Assembly: GCF_009834535.1 (NCBI RefSeq)
Contig: NC_045696.1
Coordinates: 81,780,001 to 81,844,000 of the forward strand
Length of the DNA stretch: 64,000 nucleotides
Direction of reading: 5' to 3'
Source: Camelus ferus
Taxonomy: Eukaryota
The translations under genes were made by a program, and so were the position numbers. The notes below the pieces were generated by a model. That model was not told the DNA's origin and made no database searches. It saw nothing but the letters and a program-made list of their open reading frames with translations. This document shows positions 52,982 to 64,000 of the stretch, piece after piece. Within the stretch, counting starts at the first letter, position 1, and each line of letters opens with the position of its first letter.

Positions 52982-53190
52982 GTGAGCATGATCTTAACTC
53001 TGATGGTGCCATATTACGCCATTGACACAGAATCCCCACTCATGGAGATGTTTGTGGCTCATGGGTTCTATGCTGCAAAATTCGTAGTGGCCATCGGGTC
53101 AGTTGCAGGACTGACAGTCAGCTTGCTGGGCTCCCTCTTCCCAATGCCGAGGGTCATTTATGCCATGGCTGGTGATGGGCTCCTTTTCAG
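52982..53190 (+). CDS. SLC7A14: SLC7A14 exon 6
   Basis: Acceptor tcttgttttaac[17 protein letters not shown]...[20 protein letters not shown]. Donor TTCAG|GTAAGG; 209 nt, phase 0-2. Confidence 0.97.
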
Positions 53191-54075
53191 GTAAGGGCTA
53201 TGCTCCATGACATTTATTCTATTCTTCCATCCCTGTCCAGGGACTGTTACCCACTGTCAGCCTGACTATAATTTTCATGTGAGTGTCTGTCACATAGACC
53301 ATGGGACTTGTCAAATGTCTTCGCAAAGAATTTGAGTGAAATTAGCTTAGGTCCTAAAACAGCCTCTCAGTTTGATTCTGGGTCCCTCAATGTAGCACAC
53401 ACTGATATGTTCTCCCAACTACCCCCTTCCCTCTTATTTGACATCATGTGCTCCTCTGTAAAGATGATGGGCACCAAAATGCTACACTGGGTGGCCTCCA
53501 GAAGGAAGAACCCATCCCAGGGGCATCTGAGGCTTGCACTCACATTGAAGCCTGGTAACTGTCCCTCTGAAGTTGAAAAAGTTCGAAGTTACAATCAAAG
53601 AGAGAATAAAACCCTCTGAACAGAACCTATTAGTAGCAACAATCGCTGAAAATACCTCTCTCTAACAAGCTCCAAGGTGATGCTGACGCTGCTGATCTGT
53701 GGACCACACTTTTGGGTAACACAGGTATAGAGGACCTCCAAGAAACTGTATGACTTCTCCAACTACCCTTTTTTCAGAGCAAAGCCTGGGCTTCAATTTA
53801 GATTTCTGAAATACCTCCTAGAATCAATCAATCTGTCATACTACATAATGAAGTAGGAACTTTAATAAAGAAGTCTGTCTCAAAACCAAGGAATTAAAGG
53901 GAATTCTCTCTAAATTATATTCCAGGAACCAAAGCCTGGGGTAGGAATAGCAGCTGTACTTAAAGCAGTGGTTCCAGAAGTAAACTGGAGAAGCAGGACC
54001 AGGGGGTGTTAAGCCATGCTGAATCTATCACCGTGCATAGCCCACTGTTAACCTTCTGCTTGCCTCTTCCTCCAG

Positions 54076-54953
54076 GTTCCTGGCTCATGTGAGCTCCTAC
54101 ACAGAGACCCCAGTGGTGGCCTGCATCGTGTCAGGGTTCCTGGCAGCCCTTCTCTCCCTATTAGTCAGCCTGAGAGACTTGATTGAGATGATGTCCATCG
54201 GCACCCTCCTCGCCTACACTTTGGTCTCTGTCTGCGTCTTGCTCCTTCGATACCAACCAGAGAGTGACATTGATGGCTTTGTCAAGTTCTTGTCTGAGGA
54301 GCACACAAAGAAGAAGGAGGGCATTCTGGCTGACTGTGAGAAGGAAGTTTGTTCTCCTATGAGTGAAGGGGAAGAATTTTCCGGCCCAGCCACCAACACA
54401 TGTGGAGCCAAGAACTTACCATCTTTGGGAGACAATGAGATGCTCATTGGGAAATCAGACAAGTCAACCTACAATGTCAACCACCCCAACTATGGCACCG
54501 TGGACATGACCACAGGTATAGAAGCTGACGAATCTGAAAACATTTATCTCATCAAGTTAAAGAAGCTTATTGGGCCCCGTTACTACACCATGAGGATCCA
54601 GCTGGGCCTTCCAGGCAAGATGGACCGGCCCACAGCAGCCACGGGGCACACAGTGACTGTCTGTGTGCTCCTGCTCTTCATCCTCATGTTCATCTTCTGC
54701 TCCTTCATCATCTTTGGTTCCGACTACATCTCAGAGAAGAGCTGGTGGGCCATCCTTCTGGTTGTTCTGATGGTGCTGCTGATCAGCGCTCTGGTGTTTG
54801 TGATCCTGCAGCAGCCAGAGAACCCCAAGAAGCTGCCCTACATGGCCCCTTGTCTCCCCTTTGTGCCTGCCTTTGCCATGCTGGTGAATATATATCTCAT
54901 GCTAAAGCTCTCCACCATCACATGGATCCGGTTTGCAGTCTGGTGCTTTGTGG
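54076..54953 (+). CDS. SLC7A14: SLC7A14 exon 7 (CDS continues beyond the window)
   Basis: Acceptor ctcttcctccAG|G; FLAHVSSYTETPVVACIVSG...SIGTLLAYTLV...LRYQP, long hydrophilic loop, then ...LSTITWIRFAVWCFV. Donor GTGG|GTAAGC; 878 nt, phase 2-1; no stop codon reached. Confidence 0.97.
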
Positions 54954-57418
54954 GTAAGCAACTTCCCTTGGAACCTTGAGCATTCCCTTTTAAGGCCATA
55001 AACAGGCTTATCCCAAAATCACCTCCTAGCTGGACTGGGCATCTCCATTCCAAGAGAAATCTTGCTGATTCTGTGGATCTTTCCTTTCTGCTTCAGAGTC
55101 AAAAAAGCCAATTGTGCCCTTTCTGCCTGTTATGATCTTGGTTGTTGGTTCTGAAGAATGATACTGATCAATCCATCACTTCATTGAATACTATTATACT
55201 ATTACTGGACATTCTCCTTGTGGATAATTAGTACTATAAAAAGTCCACTTGAAAATGAATCCACATCTTTTAAAAAGGAAAAAAATAACATATAAAAGTG
55301 AGGGTGGGAAAGGCTGATTGGAATCTATAGAAACTAAAAATTATGACAAACTAAAAATTATGAAAAATTGTATTTATCTTCCATTTGACAAAATTAAATT
55401 AAAACAGCAATCATGCCATATTTTTAAATGAGCAAAGTATGAGATAAGTATGGGGTTTTTGGCACAATTTTTTGACAAAATTACATTATGGCACCATTTA
55501 ACAGCCCTCACTTTTTATTGACTTTTACAAAATATTCAAGAGTTTTTCACTTTTCCCAAGGTCTTTCTTCATCCTTTGATATTCCAGTTATTCTGTTGGG
55601 AAGTACCCACCACAACATCATCCTTGTTGATTTTCTCTTCTTCTGTTGATAACTGGTAGGACTCTGCCAGGTCCTCAACGTCCACAGCTTTGAGTGAATT
55701 GCAGTTGCTTTCTCTAAACTCACTTTCATTGCCTTCAGGAAGTCCTGTATCTTTCCCAAGATTTCTAGTTTTCCTTGGGGATAAATTTATATTATATTCT
55801 CATTACATGTTTATCATATATGACAATCACTGATGTTAATGAAATGTCTGGGGATTGGCGCTCATGATAACTTGAGAGGGATGTTTAAGGGAAGACTAAT
55901 TTTAAATTTCCTTAGTTACTATTTTTGTATTTCCCTGGAATCTCCAATAACAAATACTTAGTTAAAGAGGGTCCTTAGGTGCTTTGAGGAATATAAGAGC
56001 AAGGAATAAGTAACCCTGCCTTAAGGGAGGCAAGACAAATACACATGAATTGGCAGTACAGACGCACTGAGTTGTAGCCTACTGACTCCTTGAGGTCAGG
56101 GATATGGGTGTTCAGCATGGTGACCACTGTGCCTGGAACACAGCTCGTGCTTAACAACACTTCTCTATGATTATAAAGCACCCTTCAGATGAGAAAAAGG
56201 AAACTTCCAGCCAGAATAGCCAGAAAGGCCTTTGAGGAGGTAGAATTTGAACTGAGCCTATAAGATTTAGGTAGGGGGAAGTAAGGGGAAAACATGGTAC
56301 TCAAAGGAAAGGGCCTATGTCTCCCAGCAAATTCTTCACCTCTGAAGGCCATACTATGCCTTCCTGTAAGCATTTTGTACCAATTTTTCACTACTCTAAG
56401 CCTCATCCCTTGTTAGTCTTTAAGGGATCTCTTGAAAGGACCCCACTGACTCGTCAAAGTTCGAAGTATTTATATGATTTATTCACAATCCCTCTTTTCT
56501 GTTTAAACATTTTTTTCACTGGAACAAGAAGCTAAACAATAGGAATATTCCTCTATGGGTAGAAAATGAAGTGAGTGGAAATATTAGAGTCATGTATTTG
56601 TCAAATGAATGAAGGCACAGATACAAATACACATGCATTTATTCATCTGCTCCTGGACTATTTAGACTAGAAGAAGCCTTCAACACCTAGCACAATGTTA
56701 CCCACAGGGTGGTGACCATTCCATTGTTAGTATCTGGACTGATTTGAGACAGTATATGAATGAACTTTTTAAAATATAGTTATTATACCCTTTCACATAT
56801 ACTAGAAAAATATGCACACTCACATGAATCTAGCAATTATTTTTAAATTTTAAAAGTGAATCAAATCAAAGAAAAAATATTAGTGCTAGTACAGGTGCCA
56901 TATGAGTCAAAGTAATCATTAACACTATAGCACTCATTATATAGCAGCCATCGTTCCAAGGGCTTTGCATATATTAACTTATTTAACCCTCACAACCATC
57001 TCCATTTTACAGATGAAGAAACTGAGGCCCTTGACTGAGGCTACACAGTTAGAATATAGCAAAACCAAATTAGAATTCAGGTGGTGTGGTCCAGAGTCCA
57101 TGATCACAGCAACTGTACTAAAAATGTGGTATAAAAATGAAATATATCAGAGTTTGAGAAACACTGACATGGTCCACCACTTCCCCACTTCTCCCTCTCT
57201 CAATTTTATAGATAAGTAAACTGGACCTCCAAGAGGTTAAGTACCATGCTCAAGGTCAACAGGAATAACACAAAGTTATGCACAGGGCTATTACTACAAT
57301 CCAGAAGCTCCAGGCTCAGACCTGGGGCTCCTACCTTCCCACCAGAGTGCCTCTGAGCAGATCTTCCTATTTGCTCAGAGTGTTTGATATGTAGTCTGTG
57401 CAGATTAACACATAACAT

Positions 57419-57578
57419 CAGAGCTGGCTTCACGGGTAGATGACCTGTGCAGTCACACAGGGCCTCACATCTGGTCTGATGCTCTGGTGCTGTCTTCGTG
57501 AATCCCCAACAGTTTTTTAACAAGAAGCCCCATGGTTTCCTTTTACACTGTGACTCAAAAACTATGTAGTCAGTCTTG
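57419..57578. mobile_element. MER45A-like hAT element
   Basis: cagagctggcttcacggg...gacctgtgcagtcacacagggcc...tttccttttacactg...tatgtagtcagtcttg. Confidence 0.7.
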
Positions 57579-58169
57579 CATAATATCTATGTCTCTGGAG
57601 CACGAGATGAATTTTGCAAAAGTGGTGACGTGGCAGGGGCCCTTGCCTTTGGAGTCAGACAGCCCCAAGCTCAAATCACAGCTCTGCCACTTCCCTGTGA
57701 CCTTGGGAAGTTCTCCTTAGTTAAGTGAACTCATCTGTAAAAATGCAGATAATTCTACTAGCCTTGATCTGGTTGCTGTTTGGGGATTAAATAAGAAAGT
57801 ATCGGGGAAAGCAATAAAAACTATTTATTTCCTGCCTTTCTTTAAAAATCTAAAATGATTCATTGTCCCCCAGACTAGCTATCATATGCCAAAGTACAGT
57901 GTGAACCTGTTCTGACTCAGGCTGCTTTCCCAGTTATCAGGCAGAAGAAAACTCCCAGAGAACCTTTTGTAATCTTGCCGATAGCACAGACTTCAAACTG
58001 GCTCTGATACAGAAACTGATACTCCCTGACGTGGGAGCACGCCACCCTGCAGCCTGAGCTGGCCAGACAGAGGGCACCGGAGCCTGCAGTTCAACAAGCA
58101 CCCCGCCGCCAGCTGCTAACTGCTCTGGTATCATGATCTTTGGTGTAGGAGTCAGTTTTGCTGGAATAA

Positions 58170-58516
58170 AGACTTCTCAACCCTGACTACACATCAGCAT
58201 TACCTGAGTTGCTTCTGAAACGTTCTCTGCCCAGTATTCCCCAAGAGAGACACCCTGGTTCAATTTATCTGGCATGGCCAAGCACTGGGTAGTTTGAAAG
58301 CTCCCCTAAGTAATTTTAATGAGCAGCCAGATTTACAATGATATAGAATGGTGGTTCTCAAACTGTGGTCCCAGACCAGCAGCATCAATATTACATGGAA
58401 ACAGTTAGAAAGACAATTTCAGAACTACAGACAGAATCAGAATCCCCAGGGGGCAATTTAGGTTCTAACAAGCCCTCCGGGTAATTCTGATGCTTGCTCA
58501 AACTTGACAGCCACTG
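58170..58516. mobile_element. Adjacent MER5B-like and MER5A-like elements
   Basis: ttctcaaccctgactacacatcagcattacctg...; then gtggttctcaaactgtggtcccagaccagcagcatca...taacaagccctccgggtaattctgatgc...ccactg. Confidence 0.75.
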
Positions 58517-61500
58517 ATCTAGAGAGAAGAATAAGAAGATATTAGCAAGCAGGGCAGATAATTTAACCACAAAACTCCCTATTTTGGCATATATAAAATA
58601 CATCCACCCCACAACTCCAAATTAGCTTACAAAATCTTTGATAATCTTATAGAATAAATATCCCATCACTATACTTCTGAGCTTCCAAAATGTCAGGTTT
58701 TTCTTTTTAATCTATTTATAACATAAATTTTCTGGGGAGAACAGTAGATTTCTAAATGGAGCTTTTTGTGAAACACCAGCTACTTTTTTGTTAAGATTTA
58801 CATGGTTAGACTGAGTCATAACTTTATAATCTTCTAAGACACATTTCCCCCCAACCTCCTCTAAATGAATCTTAATTACAGCATTTTTGTAACAATGTTT
58901 TGCTAAGCTCTTGACCTTCAGAAGAGCACAACTCACAGAGTAAAACGAGGCACAGTCCCAACAAGACTACCCAGCACTTGTTTCTCTTCCTTCAAACAAG
59001 AGAAATAACACAAATACCAAATGTTTAATAATCCCAACAAAATGAGCACAAAGCAGCCTTCATTTCCTTCTCTTAGATGATGCAGTTTTGTAAAAGAACA
59101 CCTCAACAGGTTGGGCAGAGTCTCAGGGAATATGAAACTAGCAGGGACCAGTGAGAATACTTCACGATGGTGTTTTCCAGTCATCTGCCAGGATCTACTA
59201 GTCCCTTTGGGCCTTTACTGTAAATTAACCATCATTTAGACCAGCTCACAGGCACCCTTACCTTGGGTGCTGCCAAGTTTTCATCGGAATTTTTTCAGTC
59301 CCTTGAGGAAAACAAATTCTTGTCTATAGCTTTAGAGGACAGATAGGACTTGTGATTTGGGCAATGGATCTCATAAATCCTACACCAAAACATAAATATC
59401 CCACAGAGAAGGCACACTTTATGGTCTATGCCTGAGTGCTCATCTGAAATCCTATTGGAAATTGACTCAAAACAGCCATTGTGATGATAGGAAGAGGAGG
59501 GAGAGAAGGGGGCCATGAATTGAGACTGGAGAGGGCACCAAGACATGTTCCGTACCTAAGTGTGAAATTCTCCTTTTAGGAGACGAGAAAACAATTGGCA
59601 GGTTCAACATCAAAGTCACACTCAGAAAAATCATGGAGGCCAGGATGAGGGTGGCAACAGGGTCAGGGTGATTCCAAGAAGGAGGGGGGATGTCAGTGAA
59701 CCCTGTGGAGGCTGCAGGCTGGCAGGGTGCTGGGCTAGACAGGAAGATGCCTGGGGAGGAGGGGGCAGAGTGACCCATGGCCCTGCACCCAGTGGCAGCT
59801 GAGAAGGAAAAAGGGCACATCACAGTGAACGCCCTGGAGCAGGCATGTGTGGTGCACCCAGAAGAGAAAAGCCAGGAAAGAGTAGGGCTATGGGCTTCCT
59901 GCCCTCAACATTACCTCTGCGAGATTCACCCATATTGTGCTTGTAGTTTTAGTTTCTTCATTCTCCTTGTGGTCTAGCCTTCCGCTGTGTCAATGTACCA
60001 CAGTGGATTTATCCATTCTGGTGTCCATGGACATTTAGCATGTGTCCAGTACGAACAGAGCAGCTATCAGCATTCTTGTACATGTTTTTGGTGGACACGC
60101 AAACACATTACCCTTGGGCTTCTGTTGAGCTAGAAGTGGGATTGCTAGCTTGGATTGCTAGACTTTTTCATATTCTTTAACAGGACTGCATTCTGTCTTA
60201 CAGGCATTATACTCCTCAAATAAAATAAGGGTCGCCAGGTCCATTTTGCAGATGGGAAACTGAGGCATAGAGAAGGTGACTTTATGTTAGATCAGCTGCA
60301 GGGCCAGGAAAGAATCTCCCCTGGTCCCCATTCCATCCTGAGCCTGCTCTTCCTGGCCACGCCGTATTAAACAAACCTTAATGTTATTATAATCAACAGG
60401 GCTTGTGGTGGTATTTAAAAAATAACCAGCAGAGTGGGAGTTGGTGGGGATTGTGCTGGATGGGAGGCTACCTTCTCATTACCGTCCAGTCTTCATTTCT
60501 GCATAAGCAAGTGTCTGTTTTGGAAAGTTGATCCCAGAGTAGTAAAAATAAAAAATAAATTTAAAAAAACCTCTGGACATAACAAAGTGCCTCAGTTATC
60601 TGCAGAGGGCAGGGCTTCCTGCTGGAAAGCACGCCCCAGGAAGAGACAGCTCCACCCAGCCGGAGGTCAGGTGGCCCACCTCTTCTGGCCCAGCTGCCCT
60701 GAGCGTGGAGCCACGGGCAGAGGACAGAAAGCTCCTGGGGGACTCCAGAGATCAGGAACCTGCTTCACAACCTGAGCTTGTGCCTGCAGGGTTGGAAATT
60801 TGTCAAGCACCAGGTCACCCAGCCTCTTTTCCAAACTGAATTTTTATTCTAGGATTTTTCCCATATGATCTAGAGGGCCCACTACCCTACCCCTCTCACT
60901 TACAGGTTTGAGGTCTTTTGCTTAATTTGCACAGGATGCACCAACACCGGGGGAATAAGCAGGCATTTTTCCAGCTGATGCTGGGGTGCCTGGCACTGAA
61001 GGCAGCTTGGCAACCTTAAACCCTCCCCGGAGGCCACTGGGTGGGATGGGAGCAGCCCTCCATTCAGACTCCAGAGATGTGAGTTCCAGTGCCATTTTTA
61101 TCACTGGTGTATGGTGCAGTTCTTAACTTCTCTGGGATGATGGACGAGAAAGTGCGTTTCTATAAAGGGCTTTCCAATCACAAGGTGTTCTGTCACATAA
61201 AGAAAACCCATTCAATTGCTGAAGGCATGATTCTTCATCTTATCTAACCCAAACCTCTCACAGGCACATTCTCCACTGAAGAACTTTGGCCTGGAAAAGA
61301 AGTCAGGGCCTCCCTTTGAATATTTCCCTTCAACGCAAACAGCCTCTCACATGACTCATGGCCATTAGCAGGTGCCCAGTCAAGCAGTGTTGGTTGTTAA
61401 AATATTGAAACACTTCTGTGCCTGCTGCTAACTAGTTGCTGCCTTGAGTGTCCCCTACTGTTCATGATCCATCAACTAAAAAAATCACTCCAGTCCAGCA

Positions 61501-64000
61501 GGGGGGCCTCCATGACCCAGCTCAGCACAAAAGCTGATTCCTGTTTGATTTTTAACATCATACTTGACTTTAAGTTTTTCAAACATCAGATGTGTAACTA
61601 CAAAACAGTAGATCTAAGTTTTTAAGGAATAGGAGAATTAAATAATCAAATAGAATAAATAATATTATTTACCAATTAGCCATCTTATTCTTGAGGCTTA
61701 TTCTTGACTTCTGGCTTATGCCAAAAGTAAGTCCACTCTCAAAAGATAAAACTTTACCATCTGTAAAGGTTTACAAAAGATATGGTGCCAATCCCAGCAA
61801 CAACCTAAATACAGGGTCCAAAAACTATTTCAAGCAATGATAGCATCACTGGAATAAGTGTATAGCCTCAAAAGGTGAAGAGTTTATCTCCACCTGTATA
61901 AAATTCAGGGAAATTTTAATGCTGCTGGATAGCAGATGATATTAAGGAATCATTATTTGTTTTTAGATGTGAGAATGATACTAAGTTTTTTAAAGGGGTC
62001 TACTTTAGAGTTAGATACTAAAATATTTACAGATGAAACAGGATGCAAGGGATTTATTTCAAAATGAGCTAAAGAGAAAGGGGCAGGGGAGGGGGCGAGT
62101 GATGAGTAGAGGGCCTTCTTTATTCAAGTCTCTCCACCTCTGTAAGTTTTGAATTCTTCAAAAGTAAATTCAAGAAAAATTGTTTCTGATCAGTCTCTAC
62201 CTCACAGCCACCCCTGGTAGATGGGAGAAATAACAGCTGGAAGTACCCTGGATTAGGACATGGAGGGACCCAGAAGGGTTTTAACTGCAGCTGTGGAAAA
62301 TTCTGTATTTTGTCCTGTGCCCCAAGTTTCCTGCCTGTGTAATGCATATAATCATAACCTCCCCCAACACACACACACACCATTCCCAAACAGGCTAGGA
62401 GGAGTCTAAACAAAATAACATTTGTAGAACATTTTGGGAGAAAGGTACGACATAATGATGTGATGCATCATCCTAGGACCTCAGCACCAGAAGCGCTGGG
62501 TGAAGTCTAGTTCAGATGATTCAGGATTCCCAGAATCCCCACAGATTTTTCAGAAACTACCTCATGCTAGTTCTCTAAGCCAACTGAAAAAAGTAGCAGA
62601 AACAAAACACCCTGCTTCTACACAGCAGGCTTTTAGCGGCTCTGTTTACTCCTCTGACACAAAGCCCTTGTTGATGTGTGACAGATGGTAATACATGTTT
62701 GTCTCTCTTCTCTCTCTCTCCTCTGCTTCCCTCCCTCCCTTCATTTGTTCCCCTGTTTCTTTGTCCCCTTCCATTTTTCCTTGTCTCCAATTCTTCTCTA
62801 CCACACACCACTTTCCTGAGTTGACTCAAAGGCCAGCAAGAGGGATGAAGGCAGACAGGATGTCAAGACCCAGGAGCTGCGTTTGTCTGGCCAGCGACCC
62901 GTTCTGTCGGGCTGCAGGCACACAGTTCCTCCTTGGCTCATAGCACTCATATTTGAAATGCATTTTTGAAGACAGAATAACACACCTTTGAAACTGTAGG
63001 GGGCTCAGAGCAAACATTAAAACGCCCATAAATATTTATGTGGCAGTTTTCCATGGACTGCTTTCCCAAAGTAATCACAGTCGACACATTTGTGCACAGA
63101 CACATATACACACATACACACACACACACATACTCGTGTTCCTTTCAGGCCCAGCCACTCCAAAAATAAGACCTAACCTCATACTGAATATTTACTGCAC
63201 TAGGCACAGTTCATGGCCCAGCCGGGGCGGGGGCGCGGTGGAGGGTTGGATGTGCTAGAGCCTTTCCTCTGTCCACACGGAATGCTGGGGTTGCCCTTCT
63301 CAGAGCCACTCAAGTGACTTAGTCTTTCCCAGCTTCCATTTCTTCTTCTGTAAAATGAAGGTAGTCAGATAGATAAATGACAGAGGCTCTTTTCCAGCTC
63401 TAAATAGCAATTATTTTATGCATAATCACACCAAAGGCTCTCAGAGAATTCCCATAAATCAATCTACCTGATACCCCAATACCTGGTCGGGGCAGAGGAA
63501 GGTTTGTCAGAACAGACGTCAAAGCAGTGCTTGAATGATGACCTGTGTAGTACAGAGGAGAGAAGTTAGGGACAAGGGGGAAAGAAGAAAATGGTATTAA
63601 GCTTAGTAGGGAAGTAAGTCTTATAAATAGGGTCTGAGAAGGAGATCAAAGAGGAAAGAATTGATATAATAGATACCAAGCAGGAAGAGAAGGCAAGCTT
63701 TGGCACCTGCCTGGATGTCTAGGAGAAAAGCCAGCAAGAAAGAAAACCTGGGCAAATGGAGGTGTGTGCCTGATGATAAACTTGGTCTTCTGAAATTTAT
63801 TCTCAGATCTCAAATGTGCTTCCAACAGAGACGTTCTCCAAGAAGCAGCATACTGGACCTTTTAGAAGAGACCTTAATTTGGTGCCTTGTTCTATACAAG
63901 GATAATAACTATGCGCTGTGGCCACTCCCCACCCCCAGACAAGAAAGAGTAGATCTATAGTCAGAAAAATGAAGTTGCTATTTGAGAAGTAATAGCTACA

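Noticed and set aside
61494..61508. CTCF-like motif CCAGCAGGGGGGCC (similar near-matches at about 48235, 60600 and 62207)
   Set aside because: Each mismatches core positions; such near-matches are expected by chance.
54954..64000. Final SLC7A14 coding exon
   Set aside because: No phase-1 exon with the expected last TM (IYFGYG-type) motif was found; it presumably lies downstream of the window.
1..64000. CRISPR array, operon or other prokaryote-type system
   Set aside because: No regularly spaced repeats or dense ORFs; the sequence is a mammalian intron-exon locus.

Overview
Mammalian genomic DNA, most likely camelid (a tRNA-derived SINE resembling camelid Vic-1 is present; I saw no Alu, Bov-tA or PRE-1). 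The window holds the middle of SLC7A14, a lysosomal CAT/APC-family amino acid transporter, on the + strand. Six coding exons (18766-19069, 39366-39602, 41421-41638, 50336-50482, 52982-53190, 54076-54953) have GT-AG borders and compatible phases, and join into an uninterrupted 1993-nt ORF (664 codons plus 1 nt). The promoter/first exon and the last coding exon are outside the window. The rest is intron with L1, L2, L3, MIR, MaLR/ERVL LTRs and Tigger/Charlie DNA transposons, several nested or with readable target-site duplications. I found no evidence of a new gene system. The best leads are regulatory hypotheses: two uORFs with a candidate acceptor that would bypass them, inverted L1 copies flanking the start-codon exon, a donor-like start of exon 6, dileucine motifs in the long loop, and clustered substitutions in one loop. 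Exon numbers, repeat family names and human comparisons are from memory and need database confirmation.
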